Origin: a virus
Lineage: Duplodnaviria; Caudoviricetes
Virus record (IMG/VR): IMGVR_UViG_3300025803_000024
Location: 1 to 40,025 of that record
Strand: one strand, 5' to 3'
Length of the DNA: 40,025 bases
Below are positions 8,394-15,484 of the stretch, one piece after another. Within the stretch, counting starts at the first letter, position 1; each line of letters begins with the position of its first letter. The translations under genes and the position numbers were made by a program. The notes beneath the pieces are model-generated. The model did no database searches, was not told where the DNA came from, and saw only the letters and a list, made by a program, of their open reading frames with translations.

Positions 8394-8538
8394 GCCAGAG
8401 ACAAGGCTTGAGTTTGGAGAACAAGGTAACTAGGTAGTCAATCGTAAATGTCCTTTTTAGGAAAGGCCACCCACGAGGCGAACAGACATAGTCGGACACA
8501 GATTGCTAGATAAAACCTTTTACTGTTCTTGTACCGTA

Positions 8539-8597
8539 TGTACATCTTAGGCTAACAGCCTAACTGATGATGGCCACACTATTGGCCGAAATGTACA
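8539..8597 (+). ncRNA. Hammerhead ribozyme 1 (type III), predicted cleavage after AUC at 8546
   Basis: Stem III TGTACA(8539)/TGTACA(8592), TC, stem I TTAGGC-taaca-GCCTAA, core CTGATGA (8564) plus one extra T, stem II GGCCA-cactat-TGGCC, GAAA (8588). Confidence 0.92.
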
Positions 8598-8634
8598 CAT
8601 CACCCAAAGGGTTAAGTACAAAGGAGAATACATC

Positions 8635-9036
8635 ATGAAAACATTATTAACTAAAGACCAACTAAACACACACCTTGAACTAGATAGGGTAGATTTTGAA
8701 CTCAAATCAAGCACTAAGAGATTTTTTCTAGAGGTTCATTCTGAGGACTGGGACTGGGAAGACTACACCTCAAGACACGGAAGCAAACACTCCCAGCAAC
8801 TACAGGCAATCAAGCAAGTTAAGGCTAACATCGACGGAGCTTTTAAAAGTCTATGTCGATTAAAAAACGACGGAATTATTAACTTTCGCTTTAAGGATGT
8901 TATCGACCTTTGCACGAATCTTGAGTTACCAGAGACTAAAGAGTATGGTTTCAGCGAGCTTTATCTTGAGGGGTTTTATAGAGAGTTAATCCGCATGATT
9001 AAAATCACCCATAAGGTATATGCAACCGAAGCCTAA
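8635..9036 (+). CDS. Early hypothetical protein 1
   Basis: AAGGAG RBS, 133 aa; flanked by hammerheads 1 and 2. Confidence 0.85.
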   Translation: MKTLLTKDQLNTHLELDRVDFELKSSTKRFFLEVHSEDWDWEDYTSRHGSKHSQQLQAIKQVKANIDGAFKSLCRLKNDGIINFRFKDVIDLCTNLELPETKEYGFSELYLEGFYRELIRMIKITHKVYATEA

Positions 9037-9039
9037 CAG

Positions 9040-9114
9040 CCACACTGACGAGCTGTAGAGACAGCGAAACGGCCTAGAGGAACGAAGTTCCTGACAAGCA
9101 ATGGCCGTCTGTGG
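9040..9114 (+). ncRNA. Hammerhead ribozyme 2 (type I), predicted cleavage after GUC at 9109
   Basis: Stem I CCACA/TGTGG, CTGACGA (9045), stem II GCTGT-agag-ACAGC, GAAA (9066), stem III CGGCC/GGCCG enclosing an AGGAAC-gaa-GTTCCT hairpin, TC. Confidence 0.96.
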
Positions 9115-9152
9115 ATAATCACCCAAAGGGTTACATCCCAAGGAGAAACAAA

Positions 9153-9329
9153 ATGACAACACAAGAAGCAATACAAATAACAGAAAGAGTAATTGAGGAA
9201 GAAAAGGCAACGGTGAGTGCTTTAAAAAAGATTTTAAGAGAAGCTGAAAAGGCAGAAAAAGATTTAGAAATGGCACAAGGAATGTTAAAAACTTATCGCA
9301 GACTTTTAAGAGATTTAAAAAACAAATAA
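9153..9329 (+). CDS. Early hypothetical protein 2 (58 aa, coiled-coil)
   Basis: AAGGAG RBS before ATG 9153; the track's 9111 start lies inside the ribozyme. Confidence 0.8.
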   Translation: MTTQEAIQITERVIEEEKATVSALKKILREAEKAEKDLEMAQGMLKTYRRLLRDLKNK

Positions 9330-9344
9330 AAATAAAAACTATAG

Positions 9345-9407
9345 CCACACTGAAGAGATGTATTGACATCGAAACAAGCCTTATGATAATATAGGGCTTG
9401 TCTGTGG
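9345..9407 (+). ncRNA. Hammerhead ribozyme 3 (type I), predicted cleavage after GUC at 9402
   Basis: CCACA/TGTGG, CTGAAGA (9350), GATGT-attg-ACATC, GAAA (9371), 10-bp stem III CAAGCCTTAT/ATAGGGCTTG, TC. Confidence 0.96.
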
Positions 9408-9447
9408 ATAATCACCCAAAGGGTTAATACCACTAGGAGAAAACAAT

Positions 9448-9768
9448 ATGAGAATAACAAAAGAAATGCTAGAGCATAAAGTAAGAGGCTTAAATAATAG
9501 GTTAGGATTACCTAACGAAGTGTATAAGCCTTACAGAGACGGCGACAATAATTTAGTTAAAAATGAGGGTACATATTATATCGCTTACAGGTACGGATAT
9601 TGTCAACTTGTTAGAGTATGCAAAGGCGGGGGAGAGACTGACATAAGTCTTAGCGGTACAAAAGCTGAGATTTACAATGTTGTTAAAAGTATGATTGAGA
9701 TGTTATATGACTTAGACGGTAATTTCAGTTTTAAACAATATAAAAGTAAACAATTACAAAAACTATAG
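9448..9768 (+). CDS. Early hypothetical protein 3
   Basis: AGGAG RBS, 106 aa; flanked by hammerheads 3 and 4. Confidence 0.85.
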   Translation: MRITKEMLEHKVRGLNNRLGLPNEVYKPYRDGDNNLVKNEGTYYIAYRYGYCQLVRVCKGGGETDISLSGTKAEIYNVVKSMIEMLYDLDGNFSFKQYKSKQLQKL

Positions 9769-9831
9769 CCACTCTGACGAGATGTATTGACATCGAAACA
9801 AGTCCTATGATAAGATAGGGCTTGTCAGTGG
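9769..9831 (+). ncRNA. Hammerhead ribozyme 4 (type I), predicted cleavage after GUC at 9826
   Basis: CCACT/AGTGG (compensatory change relative to HHR2/3), CTGACGA (9774), GATGT-attg-ACATC, GAAA (9795), stem III CAAGTCCTAT/ATAGGGCTTG, TC. Confidence 0.96.
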
Positions 9832-9857
9832 ATATTACCACAAAAGGAGAAAATATT

Positions 9858-10886
9858 ATGAGAAGACAACACAACACCGATGAGGCAAAAGCCATCATCA
9901 AAGAGACTTTACTTGAGGCGATGAAAACTATGTCAAGCGACAACTTGCAAAGTTTGCACAGCCTAGAACTTGACGAGGTATTAAGCCAAGCTAAAGAGGC
10001 TTTTATCGAAGAGACAGAGCTTAACGGGGAAGATATACACCACTACAATACGGGTGTTTGCCGAGAGTATCTCAAAGAAGTTGAGGCAAGAATTGAGCTT
10101 GAATATAACGAGCTTAAGAGACTGCTTGAGGTAAGAGCTAGAGGCGGGTTTATCAATCCCAAACTAGAGAGAATGTTAGCCATTGAGTTTGTCAATTATG
10201 TTACAAACCATGACAGCATAGACCATGACATTATATACGGTTACCGTCACACCGACGATAAGAGATATGACATTTCAGATATATTCAACAATCTAGAATT
10301 TAGTCGTAGGAGAAATATTCTGAACTTGCCTACATTGTCCCGCTTTGGTGACAACTTAAAAATCTGTTCAACATCACAAAGTGACTACAAAAGAACACTA
10401 AAGCAAAAAGCTTCACTACTGGTAAAACACAAAATAAGGCTAACCGCTTTATACTATCAGTACGGCTCCATTGGAAACGATGGCGACTTTGTCAGTGTGC
10501 TAAGAGAGAATCCACCAAAACCCGAAGAGATTGATTTACCATACTTCATGGATATTACAGACATTGTCCCAAAGGTTGTCGGTGTTAAAGGTAACAAGAA
10601 AACTTTTGGTAGAGGTCAGACAAAAGCTGACGGCTACTGGGAGAAGTCAGAGAGAATGAAAGCGACTTATGTCGGCACATATTGCAAGTACAGACAATTT
10701 GATTATTCAGAGTGTGGCGGTTGGTCTCCAAAAAGAGAGAATCGCGAAGACAGAGAATACCTCTGGAACAGAGAGATTCCAGGCCTTTACGACACTCATA
10801 CAAACACTGTCTACAAAAACGACACAATAGACGATGACCTAACCTGGTGGAGACTAGGACTAAGACCACTCAAAGCAAAAAGATAA
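9858..10886 (+). CDS. Early hypothetical protein 4 (342 aa)
   Basis: AAGGAG RBS before ATG 9858; no family recognised. Confidence 0.85.
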   Translation: MRRQHNTDEAKAIIKETLLEAMKTMSSDNLQSLHSLELDEVLSQAKEAFIEETELNGEDIHHYNTGVCREYLKEVEARIELEYNELKRLLEVRARGGFINPKLERMLAIEFVNYVTNHDSIDHDIIYGYRHTDDKRYDISDIFNNLEFSRRRNILNLPTLSRFGDNLKICSTSQSDYKRTLKQKASLLVKHKIRLTALYYQYGSIGNDGDFVSVLRENPPKPEEIDLPYFMDITDIVPKVVGVKGNKKTFGRGQTKADGYWEKSERMKATYVGTYCKYRQFDYSECGGWSPKRENREDREYLWNREIPGLYDTHTNTVYKNDTIDDDLTWWRLGLRPLKAKR

Positions 10887-10899
10887 ACAAACAAAAACA

Positions 10900-10929
10900 A
10901 AAGGGTTAGCCAGTCCCTTTAAAACTGGC
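10900..10929 (+). ncRNA. H-type pseudoknot leader element 1
   Basis: S1 AAAGGG/CCCTTT, S2 GCCAG/CTGGC, immediately before AAGGAG. Confidence 0.55.
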
Positions 10930-10943
10930 AAGGAGAAAACATT

Positions 10944-11015
10944 ATGAAAGTAACAATTATTTTTATAGGCTTGCTATGTTGGCTGGCCGTATCAATCATG
11001 GGGGGTGCAATCTAA
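10944..11015 (+). CDS. 23-aa hydrophobic peptide MKVTIIFIGLLCWLAVSIMGGAI
   Basis: Strong AAGGAG RBS; TAATG coupling to the next ORF. Confidence 0.6.
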   Translation: MKVTIIFIGLLCWLAVSIMGGAI

Positions 11016-11164
11016 TGAGTAACATTAATATGACGATACACAGTGTAAAGATTATAGACTTACCCGCTTATCAAATAGCGATAGTGTCGTACCTATTAAA
11101 GAAGTATGGCATTACAGAGGTAAGCAAATACATAAGAGAGGTGGTGAAAAATGAGAGCAGGTAA
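11015..11164 (+). CDS. Hypothetical protein (49 aa)
   Basis: TAATG-coupled start inside track ORF 10976-11164. Confidence 0.6.
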   Translation: MSNINMTIHSVKIIDLPAYQIAIVSYLLKKYGITEVSKYIREVVKNESR

Positions 11165-11276
11165 AAATGTTCGTAAGAAGACAGCGGGTAAAATCCGCAA
11201 GAAAGCAAAGACTACAACTGTAACAGGTGTAGCCAAACGAATTGCCTTAGCTACTCCAAGACATTGGAAGAAGTAG
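11151..11276 (+). CDS. 41-aa very basic protein MRAGKNVRKKTAGKIRKKAK...
   Basis: GAGGTG RBS; own translation; no acidic residues. Confidence 0.6.
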   Translation: MRAGKNVRKKTAGKIRKKAKTTTVTGVAKRIALATPRHWKK

Positions 11277-11293
11277 TTAAGTACCCATTATAG
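11276..11293 (+). promoter_or_regulatory. Phage RNAP promoter
   Basis: GTTAAGTACCCATTATAG; intergenic consensus match. Confidence 0.8.
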
Positions 11294-11295
11294 AT

Positions 11296-11321
11296 GACCT
11301 GGTCATGTCCTTAAACTGACC
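11296..11321 (+). ncRNA. H-type pseudoknot leader element 2
   Basis: S1 GAC/GTC, S2 GGTCA/TGACC, loop CTTAAAC, immediately before AAGGAG. Confidence 0.55.
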
Positions 11322-11333
11322 AAGGAGAAACGA

Positions 11334-11534
11334 ATGGACATTAGAGTATATAGACGAGAAGTTTACGGGAATATAAGATATTACCCAGCAGATGACAGGG
11401 CAGAAACTTTACTACAACTAACAGGGACTAAAACTTTTACACCTGAGATGTTAAAGACTATAGAACAAGTAGGTTTAAAAGTAGTTCAAGTTAGAAACTA
11501 TGCGAGCGACAACCATAAAAGCGAGGAGATATAA
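11334..11534 (+). CDS. Hypothetical protein (66 aa)
   Basis: AAGGAG RBS; VYGNIRYYPA...LTGTKTF. Confidence 0.8.
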   Translation: MDIRVYRREVYGNIRYYPADDRAETLLQLTGTKTFTPEMLKTIEQVGLKVVQVRNYASDNHKSEEI

Positions 11535-11698
11535 TGATAGGTTTTAAGTTAGATATATTTGATATATACAGTGAGACTGGGTACTGGCTTAATGAGGATG
11601 AGTTTATTCTTTACGACTGGGTAAACGACATCCTTGAGAACGGTACCTATGAAGAAAAGGTAAGACTCAAGATAGACTATGGAGTCGAGGAGTTATAG
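11534..11698 (+). CDS. Acidic hypothetical protein (54 aa, MIGFKLDIFDIYSETGYWLNEDE...)
   Basis: GAGGAG RBS, TAATG coupling; own translation, below the track cutoff. Confidence 0.7.
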   Translation: MIGFKLDIFDIYSETGYWLNEDEFILYDWVNDILENGTYEEKVRLKIDYGVEEL

Positions 11699-11699
11699 C

Positions 11700-11861
11700 A
11701 TGAGCAGTAACAAGCAAGATTTTATTATGGATAAGTACGAGGAGTATATCGAGATGGGGTTCCCATCCCGTGAGGCTCGTATGTTAGCGGAGTCTGACTA
11801 CGAGTACGAATACTACGACTACGAACCAGCAGAGGAGACAGAGCATGGGCAGGAACTATAG
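11700..11861 (+). CDS. Very acidic Tyr-rich small protein
   Basis: GAGGAG RBS before ATG 11700. Confidence 0.7.
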   Translation: MSSNKQDFIMDKYEEYIEMGFPSREARMLAESDYEYEYYDYEPAEETEHGQEL

Positions 11862-12081
11862 ACGACACAAAGCATACAATGCAGAGGGGCGACAGGACTT
11901 GTTGCCCGAAGACATTCAGAAAGTCAGCTGGAAAGTTGACAATCAAAAGTCAGTACACAATGCACAGGTTAAGATAGCAGAGCTAGTTGACAAGGGCTAC
12001 AAGCTTATTAACTACGGGCAAGGCTGGCTTGAGTACCACTACATCAAAGCTTTTAATGAAGAGCAAGGGGGTGAAGAGTAA
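11845..12081 (+). CDS. Hypothetical protein (78 aa)
   Basis: GAGGAG RBS; overlaps neighbours in operon fashion. Confidence 0.7.
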   Translation: MGRNYRRHKAYNAEGRQDLLPEDIQKVSWKVDNQKSVHNAQVKIAELVDKGYKLINYGQGWLEYHYIKAFNEEQGGEE

Positions 12082-12082
12082 T

Positions 12083-12256
12083 ATGAGTGAATTTAATGAG
12101 AGAGATTTAAAACAAATAAAAGAATGTCTCGAAGATTATGCCCTTGAATACATGGGTAAACAAGGGTTACTTGATTATTTTGTTGAGAAAGAAATGAATA
12201 ATCTTGAATCAAGAGAAGAGTATATCCAAAGAGGTTGGATAGAGGAGAAAGAGTAA
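12083..12256 (+). CDS. Acidic hypothetical protein (57 aa)
   Basis: ATG directly after the previous stop, inside track ORF 11987-12256. Confidence 0.7.
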   Translation: MSEFNERDLKQIKECLEDYALEYMGKQGLLDYFVEKEMNNLESREEYIQRGWIEEKE

Positions 12257-12507
12257 TGTCAGGATACTTTCAGGCTAGGCGAGAGGATGGCTACGGCGAC
12301 TTAAAGAAACGAGCTAAGACTATCCAAGTAAAGAAGAAAGCACATTGGGCTAAACGAAATGATAGAGCTAATGGCTATCATGTAGACTATGCCGACAGGC
12401 GAGTCAAGTTTGGTTGGGCTGTGTGGTTGCAAACGGACAAGAAGTATAGTAAGATAAAAGAGTTCGAGACCAAGGCCGAAGCAAAGAAATATATAGAGGA
12501 GATTTGA
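12256..12507 (+). CDS. Basic hypothetical protein (83 aa)
   Basis: GAGGAG RBS, TAATG coupling. Confidence 0.7.
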   Translation: MSGYFQARREDGYGDLKKRAKTIQVKKKAHWAKRNDRANGYHVDYADRRVKFGWAVWLQTDKKYSKIKEFETKAEAKKYIEEI

Positions 12508-12508
12508 T

Positions 12509-12982
12509 ATGAACATTTTCATACTTCATGAAGAGCCAGCTATCAGTGCTACCTATCATTGCGACAAGCATGTCATCAAGATGATACTTGAGTCAGCACA
12601 GTTGCTATGTAGTACACTGAATATATTGGGACATGATTCACCATATAAAACGACACACAAGAACCACCCGTGTCGCCTCTGGTGTGGCGAGTCGTTGTCT
12701 AATTATAGATATGTCTACCAGTATTGCCGTTGGCTTAACAACGAATACATCTGGCGATACAATCCAGAGGCAGACCATAAGTCATGGGTTGCTGTCAAAG
12801 ATTTACCAGAGCCAGACAACTTAGAGGACAAGGGACTAACACCCTTTCCACAATGTATGCCCGACAAATACAAGCAACCTAGTGCTGTCGAAGCATACCG
12901 TGCCTACTACAAGGCAGAGAAAGCAGACATTGCCACATGGGACAAAGGAGTTCCACGACCGTGGTGGTGGAGCAAGACTTAA
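12509..12982 (+). CDS. Pyrimidine-dimer DNA glycosylase / endonuclease V-like family protein
   Basis: MNIF...HCDKHVIKMILESAQLL...THKNHPC...FPQCMPD...AVEAYRAYY signature; activity not established. Confidence 0.7.
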   Translation: MNIFILHEEPAISATYHCDKHVIKMILESAQLLCSTLNILGHDSPYKTTHKNHPCRLWCGESLSNYRYVYQYCRWLNNEYIWRYNPEADHKSWVAVKDLPEPDNLEDKGLTPFPQCMPDKYKQPSAVEAYRAYYKAEKADIATWDKGVPRPWWWSKT

Positions 12983-12995
12983 GTACCCATTGTAG
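12978..12995 (+). promoter_or_regulatory. Phage RNAP promoter directly upstream of the RNAP gene
   Basis: CTTAAGTACCCATTGTAG. Confidence 0.8.
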
Positions 12996-13014
12996 ATACT
13001 AAAGGAGAAATTAT

Positions 13015-15447
13015 ATGTCACAAGATAAATTTGAGTCCTTAGATTACTGTATCGAACACACTCACGAAGAGGAGATGTTGAATCGTGGTATCGAGAGAAG
13101 TCGAAGACGACGACTGTCTCACCTTGAGAGAAACGAGTCCAGCATAACTAGTGCTGGTAAGTCTATGGTCTCTCAAACTATTCAACCATTGGCACAGGCC
13201 ATTGTAGATTTTTACAATGACTCCCGCATAGGTCGACCGCATATCGCCTTTGTTATGACAAAGGACATAGAGCCAGAGACTACTGCGGTTATAGTAGCAA
13301 AGCATATCATCAATACACTTACGATGAAGAAAGCATTGACTGCCACAGCCATCTCACTTGGTGAGAAGATTGAAACTGAAGTTGCTATGGGAACATTTGC
13401 AGAAGCAAACCCACAGCTCTTCGCTACAGTAAAAAGAAACTTAGACAAGAGAACATTTAACTATGCCTACAGACGAAGGAAGTTCCGTGAGTCTGCCTTA
13501 CGAGATGACAACGGGCAGTGGTTAAAGTGGTCAACCAATGAGAAGTTACAAGTCGGTAATGTCTTTATTGACTTAATGATAAAATCTACTGGACTGTTAG
13601 AAGTCGGTACGGAAACCATGCGAGGTAAGAAACGAAAGATACTTAGGCATACTGCCAAGACTCTGGAGTGGATATCCAAGCGAGAAGCACATACCGAGTT
13701 ACTCAATCCAGAGTACCTACCAACCATCATGCCACCGAAAGACTGGACTGATGTCGAGGGTGGTGGGTATATTACTAACCTGTTACCTAAGCTAGACTTA
13801 GTCAAGGTTAAGAACAAACGATTCAAGAAAGAGTTAAGAAACATTGATATGCCAGAGGTGTACAAAGCAGTTAACACAATGCAGAAGACACCCTTTCGTA
13901 TCAATGTAGGTATCTATGAAGTCATGGAAGATATCTGGACTAACTATCCAGGTAGAGCGGAAGTACCCAAGACAGAAGTCATGGACATACCTAACAAGCC
14001 ACATGATATTGACACCAATCTCGAAGCTCGTAAGGCTTGGAGAAATTTGGCGGCGACAGCACACACAGCTAACAAGATAAATGGTAGCAAGGTGTTGTTG
14101 TTCAATCAGATATTATGGTTGGCCAAACGATTCTTGAAACATGATAGGATATGGTTTCCAGTACAGCTAGACTTTCGTGGTCGTGCTTACTGTGTACCAG
14201 CCTTTCTAAATTATCAGGGCAACACAGCAAGTAAAGCTTTGCTTGAGTTTGCCGAGGGTAAACCTATTACTGAAGATAATAACGGTGTGTTCTATCTAGC
14301 AATGCACGGTGCGAATATGTTTGGTAATGATAAAGTGTCACTCGAGGACAGGGTAGACTGGGTACAAGAACATGAGGATAAGATTGTTGCCTGTGCTAAT
14401 TCACCTATTGAAGAACGATGGTGGGAAGATGCAGACAAACCTTTCCAGTTCCTAGCTTTCTGTCTTGAGTGGCGAGACTATTTACAACACGGAGACGGGT
14501 TTATATCTCACCTACCAGTTAGTGTAGACGGGAGTTGCAACGGCTTACAGCTATATTCACTACTGCTCAAGGATGAGTATTCAGGTAAGTTAGTGAATGT
14601 TGTCCCCGCAGATAAACCCGCCGACGTGTATCAACAACTAGCTAACTCTGTCATAGATAAACTTAAGGAGAGTAACAATCCTTTGGCTCCCCTTTGGTTA
14701 AAGTATGGAGTCAAGCGAAGTACAGTCAAGAGGGCTATCATGACATCAGTCTATGGTAGTACAAGATACTCCTGCTCTGACTTTGTCCTTGAGGATTTAA
14801 AGAAGAGAGCAGACAAGGGAGAACAACATCCCTTTGGTATCAACCCTATGCCTAGTGCCTCGTTCCTTAGTGGTCTCATCTGGGATTCACTTAGGCAAGA
14901 GTTAGGTAGTGCAAAGGTTGGCATGGGATTCTTACAGGATGTGGCCAAGGTTGTAGCTAAGGATGACTTACCTATACACTGGACTACACCGACAGGATTC
15001 TATGTCCAACAGTTCTATCCATCTATGAAATCTAAGAGAGTCAAGACTATGCTCATGGGTGAGGTGTTCAAGCCTCGTATCAATGAGGAGACTGACAAGA
15101 TGGATAAACTTAGAATGAGTAATGGTATTGCACCTAACTTTATACACAGCTTGGATAGCAGTGCCATGATGAGAACTGTTAACATCGCATACAGCAAAGG
15201 TGTCAACAATTTTGCAACGGTACACGATTCGTTTGGCACAACTGCTGGCGATATGCAAACACTCATCGACTCAATTAAAGAGGGATTCATCCAGATATTT
15301 GATAACACACATTTACTGGAAGACTTTCTCGAAGAAGTGAAATCACAAATACAAAATCAGAAGTTACTAAAGTCGCTACCTAATGTGCCTGAACAAAGCA
15401 CACTGGAAGTTACCAAACTATCTGAATGTGATTTCTTTTTTGCTTAG
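13015..15447 (+). CDS. Single-subunit T7-like RNA polymerase
   Basis: DFRGRAY, VDGSCNGLQ, RSTVKRAIMTSVYG, APNFIHSLD, VHDSFGT, C-terminal FFFA. Confidence 0.98.
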   Translation: MSQDKFESLDYCIEHTHEEEMLNRGIERSRRRRLSHLERNESSITSAGKSMVSQTIQPLAQAIVDFYNDSRIGRPHIAFVMTKDIEPETTAVIVAKHIINTLTMKKALTATAISLGEKIETEVAMGTFAEANPQLFATVKRNLDKRTFNYAYRRRKFRESALRDDNGQWLKWSTNEKLQVGNVFIDLMIKSTGLLEVGTETMRGKKRKILRHTAKTLEWISKREAHTELLNPEYLPTIMPPKDWTDVEGGGYITNLLPKLDLVKVKNKRFKKELRNIDMPEVYKAVNTMQKTPFRINVGIYEVMEDIWTNYPGRAEVPKTEVMDIPNKPHDIDTNLEARKAWRNLAATAHTANKINGSKVLLFNQILWLAKRFLKHDRIWFPVQLDFRGRAYCVPAFLNYQGNTASKALLEFAEGKPITEDNNGVFYLAMHGANMFGNDKVSLEDRVDWVQEHEDKIVACANSPIEERWWEDADKPFQFLAFCLEWRDYLQHGDGFISHLPVSVDGSCNGLQLYSLLLKDEYSGKLVNVVPADKPADVYQQLANSVIDKLKESNNPLAPLWLKYGVKRSTVKRAIMTSVYGSTRYSCSDFVLEDLKKRADKGEQHPFGINPMPSASFLSGLIWDSLRQELGSAKVGMGFLQDVAKVVAKDDLPIHWTTPTGFYVQQFYPSMKSKRVKTMLMGEVFKPRINEETDKMDKLRMSNGIAPNFIHSLDSSAMMRTVNIAYSKGVNNFATVHDSFGTTAGDMQTLIDSIKEGFIQIFDNTHLLEDFLEEVKSQIQNQKLLKSLPNVPEQSTLEVTKLSECDFFFA

Positions 15448-15448
15448 A

Positions 15449-15466
15449 CTTTAGTACCCGTCATAG
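15449..15466 (+). promoter_or_regulatory. Phage RNAP promoter (replication genes)
   Basis: CTTTAGTACCCGTCATAG. Confidence 0.75.
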
Positions 15467-15484
15467 ACATAAGGAGATATATTT

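Noticed and set aside
8465-8500. GCC-acccacga-GGC resembles P3/L3 of an HDV-like ribozyme
   Set aside because: I could not find P1, the P1.1 GG or the P2 partner in the required order.
9335-9834. Repeats with palindromes read as a CRISPR array or integron attC sites
   Set aside because: The intervening sequences are whole genes of unequal length, there is no cas or integrase gene, and the repeats are fully explained by the hammerhead fold.
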